A stretch of 64,000 bases of DNA from Candidatus Acidiferrales bacterium (GCA_035482455.1 DATHQS010000357.1:28654-92653); one strand, 5' to 3'; positions 19,555-29,616 are shown, counted from the first letter of the stretch. Program-made: numbers and translations. The notes: a model not told the origin generated them from the letters alone.

Positions 19555-20400
19555 GCCGCGCAATTTCCGGGCAATTTCCGCGCAACGTCCGACGCAACAT
19601 CCGGTGAATCATCCGCGCAATTACCGAGCAACTGCCGAGACGTGTCCGGGCAGTTGGCGGGAAACGTCTCACCAAACTCCGGTGAATGTTCGCGCCAAAG
19701 TTCGCACCAAAGTTGGCACGATGGTTCGCAAATGACTTGGTAATTACCGCCGCAGTCCACGCCGCAGTCCGCGCTGCATCCAGCGTGGTATCCGGCGCAG
19801 TATCCGCTGAATCATCCGGGCAATTGCCGGGTAACTTCCGAGCAGTGTCCGAGCAGTTGGCGGGAAACGTCTCACACAACGCCGGTGAATGTCCGCACCA
19901 TGGTTGCCGCAACGGCTCGCAGGCGACTTGGCAATTGCCATAGCAGTCCGCGCCGTAGATCACGCAGCAGACAGGTTGGCATCCACTGAGCAGTCCGCGC
20001 AGTGTCCGGCTTGGCGTCCGGGCAACATCCGATGAATCATCCAGAGAATTTCCGGGCAATTTCCGGGCAGCGTCTGGGCGATTTTTGCATGAAACGCGCA
20101 CCGGCCTGGAACTTTCCAGAGATTTTTCCAGTTTTTCCAATGGCAACGGCTTTTCCGTGGCAAGACACATTCCACGTTCGCGACGAGTCCACAAACATGT
20201 CTGCGTCCAGTCCGTGACCGAGACCCCATTTTGTCCGTGTCCGCACATAATCCGCGTTAACGATTTCTCCGCGACCTGACGGTGTCCAGTCCTCAAATTG
20301 ACCGCGAACACGGTTTACCCATGTCCAGCCTGGACCGCGCACAGTCCGAATTTTTGGTCAGTCCATGGCCTCATCCAGTCCGCGACCGCGACCGCAGTTT
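19555..20400. repeat. ~850 bp array of degenerate 11-bp phased repeats (consensus about gCAnTnTCCGn / cAGTCCG), organised in ~2.5 higher-order ~200-bp units
   Basis: One run reads caatttccggg caatttccgcg caacgtccgac gcaacatccgg tgaatcatccg cgcaattaccg agcaactgccg agacgtgtccg ggcagttggcg. A second run reads cgcagtccacg ccgcagtccgc gctgcatccag cgtggtatccg gcgcagtatcc gctgaatcatc cgggcaattgc. Long-range repeat 19601-19790 vs 19795-19960 vs 20025-20100. ORFs are open in several frames on both strands. Confidence 0.7.
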
Positions 20401-20499
20401 AGGACAAATACGGTCCAACCCCCCTCGCCATGTTAAAAAACTTATTCACAGGCTTGGCGTTGGCAGCCAGGGACGGGACCAACTTCGGGCAAGGATGGG

Positions 20500-20520
20500 A
20501 TGAATTTTCGGAAAATTCAT
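20500..20520. promoter_or_regulatory. perfect 9-bp inverted repeat atgaatttt-cgg-aaaattcat (operator/hairpin candidate)
   Basis: Read directly from the sequence. It sits in the intergenic AT-rich stretch between the repeat array and the protease operon. Confidence 0.25.
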
Positions 20521-20720
20521 TTTGTGAATCTTCCGATAGAAATTTAACGTTGAATTTTTCCGGCTTGAAGTAGTAGAAATCTGTTTGCTTTTAACAAACA
20601 TCCCGGTCACCGCCAAGCGCGTCTGGTGAACGCAGTTTTAAAATGAAATTGCCACTGCGCGACAAATGCTGAATTTTGCCCTCCTTCGCAGGTTTGTGAC
20701 CGACTCTGGCGATGGGGGGA

Positions 20721-20936
20721 TTAATTGGCGTCGGGACCTTGGACGAAATCATTAGTCTTTTTGGCCTGAAATAATTTTGCTGGGACGAAAGGTTCAGACG
20801 TCGGTGAGAACGAGGTGTTTTCGATCTGCTTAATCAAGCTGTCAGAGCAGGAAGAATCGCTGCTCCAACCAGCTGATTTTGATGAATCGGAATAGTCCAC
20901 ATAGGACACATTGTCGGCTGAATTTTTTTTATGCAT
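20721..20936 (-). CDS. small acidic Ser/Asp-rich protein (71 aa), 8-nt overlap with the upstream protease gene
   Basis: MHKKNSADNVSYVDYSDSSKSAGWSSDSSCSDSLIKQIENTSFSPTSEPFVPAKLFQAKKTNDFVQGPDAN. No known domain. The alternative start at 20957 would also overlap the protease gene. Confidence 0.45.
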   Translation of the reverse strand: MHKKNSADNVSYVDYSDSSKSAGWSSDSSCSDSLIKQIENTSFSPTSEPFVPAKLFQAKKTNDFVQGPDAN

Positions 20937-21963
20937 TTTCGTGCCTCCATCCATCAAATGAACGCTGGTCTTGAATTTGATTTAACGGTGCTCCAGGCAT
21001 GTTGATTCGGTTCAACGTCCCTTCGGTGGCAAAATAGTCGCTGCCGCCAGTTGTGCTCTCAATCAAGCCGCGTTTCAGGTTGTAGTTCACTGTAGGTTTG
21101 ACTCCCAAATAGGTGTTCGGATCAAATTTTGTCTTAAAATCTAACTCGACGGCTATGTCGTCGTAAATCGTTTTTATCAGTTTGTACAACTCATCGCTCG
21201 GCTTTTCGGCCGGTAATCCCATGGCTACGGATTCACGGCGATGCAGTGTGTAGTCATGGCTGCCAGACTCACTGCATAAAAACTTAACGATGGCCTCGAT
21301 TTTAGGCTTATCCTGCATCTGGTTGGAAAGCAACTTCCGGGCCAGCATTTGGATTTGGCTCTTGGTGCGATGGACTTGCCCCAGGACCAAGGGATGAACG
21401 TGGTCTGCCAATTTCATGATCACCGAAGTCAACCCTTCGGCTGATTTTATGCCGGCCCCTTCTTTGCAAAGCTCAATGAATCCATTCACTGATTCAACAC
21501 TGACCGGAAATTTTGCGTTGTTGGAGGCGGCGGGAATTATGGGGTTGAGAGCCGTGGTAATGCTGGGGTCGATGGGGCCAATGGTGGCCTGCTTGGTCAT
21601 CACAATCCTGTTCGCGCCCAAGCAGATCAGCGTCCCCGCACTGTGCGCCTTAGAGGGGACAACGACTTCAAACTCGTCGCAAAATTGCCGGATTAGATTG
21701 ACCAAGCTCCACGCCGTCAGCGTAGAGCCCCCACGCGTATATAAATAAAGGGAAATCTTCTTCTGGACACCAATCAAATCCAAATGATTCGTGAACAAAT
21801 CATAGACTTCAGGATGAATCTCGGTTTCTAATCCCGGCCGGTCACTTGTGATGTATGCAATGACGCGGGAACTTCTGTCTTTTTCCAACTCGGCATATTT
21901 TGCCTTCCGATGTGTATACATTTTTACCCTTAAATGCTTTTGTGGTTTGGAACGCCCGGACAT
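20929..21963 (-). CDS. SDH-family Clp-fold (ClpP/SppA-like) serine protease
   Basis: RVIAYITSDRPGL ... ISLYLYTRGGSTLTAWSLVNLIR ... VVVPSKAHSAGTLICLGANRIVMTKQATIGPIDPS is the pattern of the serine dehydrogenase proteinase (Clp fold) family. I chose the ATG at 21963. Confidence 0.7.
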   Translation of the reverse strand: MSGRSKPQKHLRVKMYTHRKAKYAELEKDRSSRVIAYITSDRPGLETEIHPEVYDLFTNHLDLIGVQKKISLYLYTRGGSTLTAWSLVNLIRQFCDEFEVVVPSKAHSAGTLICLGANRIVMTKQATIGPIDPSITTALNPIIPAASNNAKFPVSVESVNGFIELCKEGAGIKSAEGLTSVIMKLADHVHPLVLGQVHRTKSQIQMLARKLLSNQMQDKPKIEAIVKFLCSESGSHDYTLHRRESVAMGLPAEKPSDELYKLIKTIYDDIAVELDFKTKFDPNTYLGVKPTVNYNLKRGLIESTTGGSDYFATEGTLNRINMPGAPLNQIQDQRSFDGWRHENA

Positions 21964-22068
21964 AACTATCAATTTTATTAATCATGCGCAAGGTTTTTCA
22001 AACTCTGCCGCGCCACTCCACCACATAGATTGACGCGCCGCAAATTCCCAAGCAAACTGCCACGCACA

Positions 22069-25000
22069 ATGTCCAAACGGTTTTTCACCAATGAAGGCGA
22101 GAACACGCTGCTGAAAAAATTTGCCGGCGTGTTCACCCATAACCCTGACATTGAAAGGTTTGACGCGCTTGTTGGTTATCTGCGCGCGTCCGGTTATTTT
22201 GCTCTCCGGCCCCATCTGGAAAAAGTCCCGCTCATCCGCATCATCGTCGGGATTGACGTGGACACCGAACTGGCCCGCCACCATCGCAAGGGGCTGCTCA
22301 TGCTGGGTGACGCCGATAAGACCTTGTCATTCGTTCGCGCCAAACTCGCGGAGGACGTGCAAGGAGCGCCCTACCGGCGCGAGATTGAGGAGGGCATCCG
22401 CCAGTTTGTTGCTGATGTAGCGTCGAAGCGCGTCGAAATCCGGGCGCACTCCACCAAAAAGCTCCACGCCAAGCTCTACATATTTCTGCCGACCGGCTTT
22501 TGCGAACACAAGCCGGGCGCGGTCATCACAGGCTCGTCTAACCTTACTGCCGCCGGTTTGGGTGTCGAGGATGCCGCCAGCAACTACGAGTTCAACGTCG
22601 TGCTGCATGACTACGACGAGGTTGTGTTTGCCAAAAATGAATTCGAAAAGCTCTGGGGCGAAGGTGTCTCTGTTCTGCCGGAGGCGGTCAAGGGTGTTGT
22701 GCGCGAAAGCTACTTGCGCGAAGACCTCACGCCGTTTGAACTTTACATCAAATTTCTCATCGAATACTTCGGCCCGGCCATTGATTACGACCCTAATTCC
22801 GAACGTGATATGCCCAAGGGCCGCAAGGCGTTGAGCTATCAGGGGGACGCCGTCAATGACGGCTGGCTCAAATTGCAAAAACACGGCGGTTTTTTTCTCG
22901 CCGACGTTGTCGGCTTGGGCAAAACCGTTGTGGCGACGCGCATCGCCAAGAAATTTTATTATCATAACGGGTTTCCCAATCATCGCTCCCGTATTTTGAT
23001 CATCACGCCGCCGGCCTTGCGCGAAAATTGGGAAACAGAAATGGAGATGTTCGGTCTGGATGATGCCGTCAAGATCATCAACAACGGCAGCCTGCATAAA
23101 ATCCGCGACCCGGAGAAATACGACCTCATCATCATCGACGAGGCGCACAAGTTTCGCAATGACACCGCCGACGGTTACGACCTGCTCCAGAAATTGTGCA
23201 AGACCCGCACCAAACATCGTTTGCCTGATGACGAGTTTGCCCGGAAAAAAGTTATCCTGATCTCCGCCACGCCATTGAATAATCGCCCCGCTGACATCCG
23301 CAACCAGGTCTTGCTGTTTCAGGACGGCAAGGATTCCACCGTCATCGGCAACCTCCAGCATTTTTTCGCGCAGCGCATCAAGGAATATCAGGTCGCAACC
23401 AATCCGTTGAAGACGCCCGACCGGCAGGTGGCTCATGCCGCTGTCGCACGCATCTACGAACTCATCCGCGAGCAGGTCGTGCAACCGCTCACCGTCCGCC
23501 GCACGCGGACCGACCTCGTCGAGGATAAACGCTGGAAGGCCGATCTGGACGCGCAGGGCATCATTTTTCCCAAGGTGGAAAAACCCACGCCGATTCTTTA
23601 CCAGCTTGATGATGGCCTCGGTGTGCTATACGACCGCACCATTCAACTGTTGGCCTTCCCTGACTCCGGCGGTCTAACCTACAACCGCTACCGCGCAATC
23701 GCGTTTCTCTCCACCCTAGAGCTGAAGCAGAAATACGAACGTGCCGACCTTGTTGCTACGCAGTTGGCGCGCATCATGAAGACGATGCTGGTTAAGCGTC
23801 TGGACAGCAGTTTTATCGCGTTCAAAAAAAGTCTTGGCCGGTTCCGCGATGCCACGCAGGCGATGCTCACCATGTTCGAGCGCGGTAATATTTACATCGC
23901 GCCCAGCCTGCATGTCTCGGATTATATTTTAGAAGACCGCGAAGACGAACTTATCGCGGCCATCGCCGAAGCCAGCGAAACCGACCCAACGATCACCGCT
24001 TGCACGCCCAAAGATTTCAAACCCGAATTTCTCGACGGTTTGAAACACGACGGTAAAATTCTCGACGAGTTGGTTGCAGCCTGGGAACAAGTCCAAGCCG
24101 ATCCAAAATTGGATGAATTTCTTTCCTGCTTACGCGGCGAGGGCAGCCGTCCCAATCTGCTCACCAAGCCGTTCAATGAAACCGGCAAGCTGGTCATTTT
24201 TTCTGAGGCACGTGACACCACGCGCTATTTGACGGAAAAACTCAACGCTGCCGGTTTCGGCCCGGTGCTGACCGTGGATTCCCACAACCGCAAAGACGAA
24301 ATGCCCAAGGTCCGCGCGAATTTTGACGCGAACGTCGCCATTGGCGATGCCTCCAACCGTAGGGATGATTTCCACATCCTCATTTCCACAGAAGTCCTTG
24401 CCGAAGGAGTGAACCTCCATCGCGCCCATGTTATTGTGAATTATGATACGCCGTGGAACTCCACGCGCCTCATGCAGCGCATTGGCCGCGTCAACCGCAT
24501 TGGCAGCACTGCCAAGGCCGTCCACATTTTCAATTTCTACCCCACCACCCAGGTCGATGATGACATTGATCTCCAGCGCAAGGCGTTTCTGAAATTGCAG
24601 GCGTTCCACACCGCGCTCGGTGAGGACAGCCAGATTTATTCGCCCGACGAGGAAGTCGACAACTTCGGCCTGTTTGACCGCGCCATTGAGGAGGAGCGTG
24701 ACGAACGCCTCCGGTTCCTGTCCGAGTTGCGGGATTTCAAGGACGCGAACGAGGATGATTTCCGCAGGATTCGCAATCTCCCGCTTCGTGCCCGTTGCGG
24801 TCGGTGTGACGCAACCCAGACCGGCCACACGCTTGCTTTCATCCGCGATGACCGTCGTGATGCTTTTTATCGCATTGCTGCTGAACTTCAGGAGATTGGT
24901 TTCGTCGAAATGGCCCGGGCTTTCCGTGCCGAAGTTTCCGAATCGGCGGCCCCGTTGCCCGCCACGCACCATGAACAGGTGCTAGACGCGTTGGAGGATT

Positions 25001-25386
25001 TCCGCACCAAGCTCGCCGCCGATGCCGTGCGTGAACGGGCCGTGGACCACACCGCCGGTCCCAATGAGCAAAAGGCCATGCGTCTGCTGGCTGCCGCGCA
25101 GGGGATGCCCAACGTCTCCGCTGCCGAAAAAGCCCTGCTCGTCGCCGCCCAGCACGCCATCCGCGTTGCCAAATTTCAAGATCTGTCGCGCAAGCTCAAC
25201 GCGCTCCAAAAAGCTGTCGTCAAAAAACCGGTCACCACCGCCGCGCTCCTGGACAAGCTTTTGGAGATCATTCGCTCATACCCGCTTGATGTGGCCGAAC
25301 CGGATGCCGATGCGTCCGAAACACCTGTCGTTGACCATCGGTTTATACCGCATATCATACTGTCGGAATCTTTCACCACGAAATGA
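22069..25386 (+). CDS. PLD (single HKD) nuclease domain fused to an SNF2-family helicase/ATPase
   Basis: LHAKLYIFLP...VITGSSNLTAAGLG (HKD/GSxN, about 22456-22560). SNF2 motifs LADVVGLGKTVVA, LIIIDEAHKFRN (about 23127-23160), LISATPLNNRPADIRNQ, STEVLAEGVNLHRAHVIVNYDTPWNSTRLMQRIGRVNRIGS. The stop overlaps the next start (ATGA at 25383-25386). Confidence 0.9.
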   Translation: MSKRFFTNEGENTLLKKFAGVFTHNPDIERFDALVGYLRASGYFALRPHLEKVPLIRIIVGIDVDTELARHHRKGLLMLGDADKTLSFVRAKLAEDVQGAPYRREIEEGIRQFVADVASKRVEIRAHSTKKLHAKLYIFLPTGFCEHKPGAVITGSSNLTAAGLGVEDAASNYEFNVVLHDYDEVVFAKNEFEKLWGEGVSVLPEAVKGVVRESYLREDLTPFELYIKFLIEYFGPAIDYDPNSERDMPKGRKALSYQGDAVNDGWLKLQKHGGFFLADVVGLGKTVVATRIAKKFYYHNGFPNHRSRILIITPPALRENWETEMEMFGLDDAVKIINNGSLHKIRDPEKYDLIIIDEAHKFRNDTADGYDLLQKLCKTRTKHRLPDDEFARKKVILISATPLNNRPADIRNQVLLFQDGKDSTVIGNLQHFFAQRIKEYQVATNPLKTPDRQVAHAAVARIYELIREQVVQPLTVRRTRTDLVEDKRWKADLDAQGIIFPKVEKPTPILYQLDDGLGVLYDRTIQLLAFPDSGGLTYNRYRAIAFLSTLELKQKYERADLVATQLARIMKTMLVKRLDSSFIAFKKSLGRFRDATQAMLTMFERGNIYIAPSLHVSDYILEDREDELIAAIAEASETDPTITACTPKDFKPEFLDGLKHDGKILDELVAAWEQVQADPKLDEFLSCLRGEGSRPNLLTKPFNETGKLVIFSEARDTTRYLTEKLNAAGFGPVLTVDSHNRKDEMPKVRANFDANVAIGDASNRRDDFHILISTEVLAEGVNLHRAHVIVNYDTPWNSTRLMQRIGRVNRIGSTAKAVHIFNFYPTTQVDDDIDLQRKAFLKLQAFHTALGEDSQIYSPDEEVDNFGLFDRAIEEERDERLRFLSELRDFKDANEDDFRRIRNLPLRARCGRCDATQTGHTLAFIRDDRRDAFYRIAAELQEIGFVEMARAFRAEVSESAAPLPATHHEQVLDALEDFRTKLAADAVRERAVDHTAGPNEQKAMRLLAAAQGMPNVSAAEKALLVAAQHAIRVAKFQDLSRKLNALQKAVVKKPVTTAALLDKLLEIIRSYPLDVAEPDADASETPVVDHRFIPHIILSESFTTK

Positions 25387-28300
25387 ATTTAGCCGACTGC
25401 CAGGCCCAGTTTCAAAAAAAGTATTCACTGGAAAACTGGCGCGTCCTGTTGCCGCAATTGTTGCCCGGCGTCGCGCTCTTTGCGCAACCCCAGGATTATC
25501 CGTTGACCAATGACCGTGAGCGTAGCATCGCCACTGCCCGCCGCCAGTTCGGCGCGGCCACGCTCGCCGATGGCAAGCGCATTGCTTTTTACGAGATTGA
25601 TGTCGCCGCCAAGGTGGACTTGCTCCGCAACCGCGTCGCCCTTCGCGAGATCGTCGCCCGCTGTATTGACGAAGTCAGCGCGCACACCGTGCTCGCGTTT
25701 TTTGTCCATCCCGACAAGCCCGTTTACCGCCTGACCTATGCCGCCAAGGAAAGTCGGGTCGGTGACGACCTCAAAATCCACACCGGACAGACCGCCACGC
25801 GCCGGTACACCTACGTGCTGGGGCCGGGTGAAAGGCGCCGCACCGCCGCGTTGCGGTTGACTGCGTTATCCGAAAAGCGCGACACGACCGGGCTGAAGGA
25901 GGTCACCGACGCCTTTTCCGTCGAGAAGATCAACCGCGAATTTTTCGACACTTACAAGTCGCACTACCAGAAATTTTGCGACCATCTGCTCGCTGGCGAC
26001 GCACCGGCCAAGGTTTTCAAACTGCCACTGCGGGGTCTGGCGGATGAAGCCCGCGACCACACGCTGAAGCCGGTGCGCGACTTCGTCAAAAAGCTGTTGG
26101 GCCGCCTTGTCTTTCTTCATTTCCTCCAGAAGAAAGGCTGGTTGGGTTGTCCCGCTAATGTGACCCCTTGGAAAAACGGTGATCCTGATTTTCTCCGCCA
26201 GCTTTACACCACCGCGCCCGTCACCGACCTGCAACGGTTCCATTCCCGCCGCCTCGTGCCATTGTTCTTTGACACGCTGAACCGGCGGCGAAAAGATGAT
26301 TTATTTTCCATCACCGGCACCCGCGTCCCGTATCTTAACGGCGGTTTGTTTGAGCGCGATTTTGACGGCGTGGAGCAGATTGATTTCCCCGCGGAATTGT
26401 TCCACGACGTGCTGGAATTTTTCGGCCAATACAATTTTACCATTGATGAGAACGATCCTGATGACCACGAGATCGGCATTGACCCCGAGATGCTCGGGCA
26501 CATCTTTGAAAACTTGCTGGAAGATAACAAGGACAAGGGCGCTTACTACACGCCCAAGGCCGTCGTCCAATACATGTGCCAGCAGAGCCTCATCCATGCG
26601 CTCATCGGCCATTTTCCAAGTGACCCCGTCGCCCGCACCGAAATCGAAAAGCTCATCCGCACCAAGGAACCCATTGATGCCCGTCAGGATTCCTGGCTCG
26701 CCCGGCATGCCACGCAGTTGACCAAGGTTCTTGAAGATCTTCGCATCTGCGACCCCGCCATTGGTTCCGGCGCGTTTCCCATCGGCCTGCTTCAGGAGAT
26801 TTATTGGACCAAGCTCGCCATAAATTCCGGCCTCGACCGCGCCAAGGCCAAGCGCGATATCATCCAAAATTCCATTTTTGGCGTGGATATTGACGCTGGC
26901 GCCGTGGAAATCGCCCGGTTGCGTTTCTGGTTGGCGCTCATCGTTGAGGAAAAGAGCCCCGTGCCGTTGCCCAACCTCGATTACAAGATCATGCAGGGTA
27001 ATTCCCTGCTGGAAAGTTTTGAGGGCATTGACCTGAGCAATCTTACTGGCAAACAGCGCAAAGCCATCCAGTTGATCGGCACGGAGCAGACGGAACTGGG
27101 CCTCAAGACCGTCTCCACCGAACTGACCATCGAGTTCGCCGAGGGCAAGCAAGCCGAGATCACCAGCCTCATCGGCGGCTACTTTGGTCAGGACGATCTG
27201 GAGCTGAAACAAAAGTTGCATGGCGAGATTGATGACCTCGTGCTTGGCCACATTGAATACAATCTGGATTTGCATGAGGAACGGATTGAGGCGGCGCTCG
27301 ATAATGCCCGCAAGGAACTCAAACGCAAGCAGGCACGCGCCCGTGGCTACGAACCTACCAAGCGGGAGGCCGGCCGCATTGCCGAACTGGAAGCACAACT
27401 GGCTGAGGTGGACCGCAAGCGGGCGGCACTGGCGGAATTGCAGGAAAAACCGGAACGACCATTCTTTCTCTGGCACCTGTATTTCCAAAATGTGTTTGCT
27501 CGCGGCGGGTTCGATATCGTCGTAGCCAATCCGCCTTACGTCCGGCACGAGGCAATCAAGGATCAAAAGGCCGCGTTGCAAGCCGCGCCTTACGAATGTT
27601 ACGACGGCTTCGCCGACCTGCTGGTTTATTTTTACGAGCGTTCGGTAAAACTACTGCGTCCCGGTGGCGTGCTGACTTTCATCACCTCAAATAAATTTTA
27701 CCGCGCCGGTTATGGCGAGAAACTGCGCGGTTTTCTTGCCCGTGAACTAACCCTGCACCGGCTGATTGATTTTGGCGACGCACCCGTGTTCGAGGCCATC
27801 GCCTATGCCTCCATTCTCGAAGGAACACGCGCCGCGCCGTCTACTGACGCCTCGGCACGGATTTACACTTGGGGAAAGGGAATGCCCCTCGACAGTATTG
27901 CCTCCGTAATTGGGTCGCACGGCCAGCCAATTCGCCAAGACGAGCTCAAGCCAGACGGCTGGCGGCTTGAATCACCAATAGTGCTTCGTCTTCTCGCCAA
28001 ACTCCGCGCAAACGGCACGCCGTTAGGTGAGTATGTGAAAGGGTGTTTGTATTATGGAATCAAGACCGGCCTCAACGCAGCATTTATTGTAGATCGCGCC
28101 ACGCGCGACCAGCTCATTGCCGAGCACTCCTCGTCGGCACAGCTTTTGAAGCCTTGGCTTAGGGGACAAGATATTGACCGCTGGCAGATTTCCCCCTCAG
28201 ACCTTTGGCTGATTTTTCCGCCCCGAGGAACGGACATCAACAAATACCCTGCTATCAAAGGCTATTTAAATAAATTTAAGGAACAACTTTCACCAGGAGT

Positions 28301-29570
28301 TGACGGTGGCCGAAAGCCTGGCGATTATGAATGGTTCGAGATACAAGACAATGTTGCATATTGGCGTGAGTTCAAAACGCCAAAAATTGTCTTCCCAGAT
28401 ATTGCCAAGAGTTCTGAATTTGCTTGGGACAGTGGTGGCCATTTTGTCGGCAACACCGGCTATATACTTCCAACGCAAGATAAGTGGCTGCTCGCTGTTC
28501 TCAACTCATCGGCAGTTTTCTGGTTTTACCTCAATGTTAGCAACTTCATCCGGGGCGGGTATGTGCGGTTTATTAGGCAATATGTTGAAACCATTCCCAT
28601 CCCCACCACGACCGCTGCGGACCATACGGAGTTAAGCGCCCTCGTTGACCATATCCTTACGGCGAAGCGCGCCGGAGACGAGGAGACGGTGCATCAGTTA
28701 GAACACGAAATTGACGCGCACGTTTTCCGGCTCTACGCCCTCACGCCGGAAGAGATAAAGCTGGTGCAGTCCGTCCATGTCGAATCGGTTTCCGACAACC
28801 CGAAGTCCAACCTGTTCAACCGCGAGCAGCCCGAACTCAAAGCGGTGTCACCTTACTTCACCAACGCTGATCGCACCGCAATTTACGACCGGGTACTGAC
28901 CGAACTCAAAGCGTCGTCCCCCTATTTCACCACCACCGCCATCACCCGCCGCGCACAGGAGTTGGATCCTGAAATCAACCTCGACTCTTTGGCTGTGTAT
29001 CTCTCTGGGGTTACGGCCAATGGTTTGGTTCATGATGCTGGTCGCGGCTGGTATTCCGGATTGAGCAATCCCGTGCCGCTGGATGCCAAGCCGGTCGTCA
29101 AACTCATCCGTGCCGTCGAAAAGGCGTTCCCGCTGCTGGAGTTCACCGTCTGGTCCACCGCGCAAATCAATCCCTGGATGCACCACCTGCTCGCTCAGCC
29201 TGTCACGTTCCTTTACGCCCCGGCGGACACCCTTGAATCCGTCGGCGACACCCTCCGTGAACAAGGCTGGGAAATCGCCCTCGACCCCGGCAAGAAGGAG
29301 GGATCGAAACTGGTTCGCCCCGGCGAGAAAATGCTGGTCTTGCGCCCCACCCATTCCAAACAGCCCGCCCCGGCTGGGCGGCAGGCCAAAATCGAGCAAA
29401 TCTTGGTGGATTTGCAGCTCGAAGCCGGGCGCTTGGCGCTCATGGATACCTCCGAAGCCCAAGGTGTCATTCGGGCAATTTTGGGCCAATATCTTGTGCA
29501 AGTGGCTGAAATGAAGACCTATGCAGACTTTAGAACACTTAAGTTAAATGATTTAGAAGCACTTAACTAA
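25383..29570 (+). CDS. 1395-aa N6-adenine DNA methyltransferase (Eco57I/type IIG-like, TaqI-type C-terminal specificity domain) with an extra C-terminal ~250-aa AbiEi-like module
   Basis: Motif I ICDPAIGSGAFPIG, motif IV VVANPPYVRHE (NPPY at 27528-27539), TRD-like GTPLGEYVKGCLYYGIKTGLNAAFIVD. The C-terminal tail (about 28800-29567) contains FTTTAITRRAQEL..SLAVYLSGVTANGLVHDAGRGWYS and IEQILVDLQLE. Confidence 0.85.
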   Translation: MNLADCQAQFQKKYSLENWRVLLPQLLPGVALFAQPQDYPLTNDRERSIATARRQFGAATLADGKRIAFYEIDVAAKVDLLRNRVALREIVARCIDEVSAHTVLAFFVHPDKPVYRLTYAAKESRVGDDLKIHTGQTATRRYTYVLGPGERRRTAALRLTALSEKRDTTGLKEVTDAFSVEKINREFFDTYKSHYQKFCDHLLAGDAPAKVFKLPLRGLADEARDHTLKPVRDFVKKLLGRLVFLHFLQKKGWLGCPANVTPWKNGDPDFLRQLYTTAPVTDLQRFHSRRLVPLFFDTLNRRRKDDLFSITGTRVPYLNGGLFERDFDGVEQIDFPAELFHDVLEFFGQYNFTIDENDPDDHEIGIDPEMLGHIFENLLEDNKDKGAYYTPKAVVQYMCQQSLIHALIGHFPSDPVARTEIEKLIRTKEPIDARQDSWLARHATQLTKVLEDLRICDPAIGSGAFPIGLLQEIYWTKLAINSGLDRAKAKRDIIQNSIFGVDIDAGAVEIARLRFWLALIVEEKSPVPLPNLDYKIMQGNSLLESFEGIDLSNLTGKQRKAIQLIGTEQTELGLKTVSTELTIEFAEGKQAEITSLIGGYFGQDDLELKQKLHGEIDDLVLGHIEYNLDLHEERIEAALDNARKELKRKQARARGYEPTKREAGRIAELEAQLAEVDRKRAALAELQEKPERPFFLWHLYFQNVFARGGFDIVVANPPYVRHEAIKDQKAALQAAPYECYDGFADLLVYFYERSVKLLRPGGVLTFITSNKFYRAGYGEKLRGFLARELTLHRLIDFGDAPVFEAIAYASILEGTRAAPSTDASARIYTWGKGMPLDSIASVIGSHGQPIRQDELKPDGWRLESPIVLRLLAKLRANGTPLGEYVKGCLYYGIKTGLNAAFIVDRATRDQLIAEHSSSAQLLKPWLRGQDIDRWQISPSDLWLIFPPRGTDINKYPAIKGYLNKFKEQLSPGVDGGRKPGDYEWFEIQDNVAYWREFKTPKIVFPDIAKSSEFAWDSGGHFVGNTGYILPTQDKWLLAVLNSSAVFWFYLNVSNFIRGGYVRFIRQYVETIPIPTTTAADHTELSALVDHILTAKRAGDEETVHQLEHEIDAHVFRLYALTPEEIKLVQSVHVESVSDNPKSNLFNREQPELKAVSPYFTNADRTAIYDRVLTELKASSPYFTTTAITRRAQELDPEINLDSLAVYLSGVTANGLVHDAGRGWYSGLSNPVPLDAKPVVKLIRAVEKAFPLLEFTVWSTAQINPWMHHLLAQPVTFLYAPADTLESVGDTLREQGWEIALDPGKKEGSKLVRPGEKMLVLRPTHSKQPAPAGRQAKIEQILVDLQLEAGRLALMDTSEAQGVIRAILGQYLVQVAEMKTYADFRTLKLNDLEALN

Positions 29571-29616
29571 ATCCAATTAGTTTAATAATTTGGAGATGAT
29601 TAATAGGTAAAAATCT

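Noticed and set aside
19427-20311. 294-aa minus-strand ORF (ARKLPGNCPDDSAD... repeats), plus 85-102-aa ORFs in other frames on both strands.
   Set aside because: Several frames on both strands are open simultaneously because the 11-bp repeat lacks stop triplets. The higher-order DNA copies fall in different reading frames on the minus strand. I therefore treat the region as non-coding repeat DNA, though a degenerate repeat-protein pseudogene cannot be excluded.
19555-20400. Possible CRISPR array.
   Set aside because: The repeat unit is only 11 bp, degenerate and contiguous. There are no unique ~30-bp spacers and no cas genes in the window.
22069-29570. Calling the SNF2 plus adenine-methylase pair class 1 DISARM or BREX.
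   Set aside because: The defining partners are absent from the island: DrmA and DrmB/DUF1998 for DISARM, and PglZ, BrxC and BrxL for BREX. Only a loose resemblance remains (SNF2 to DrmD, large m6A methyltransferase to DrmMI/PglX).
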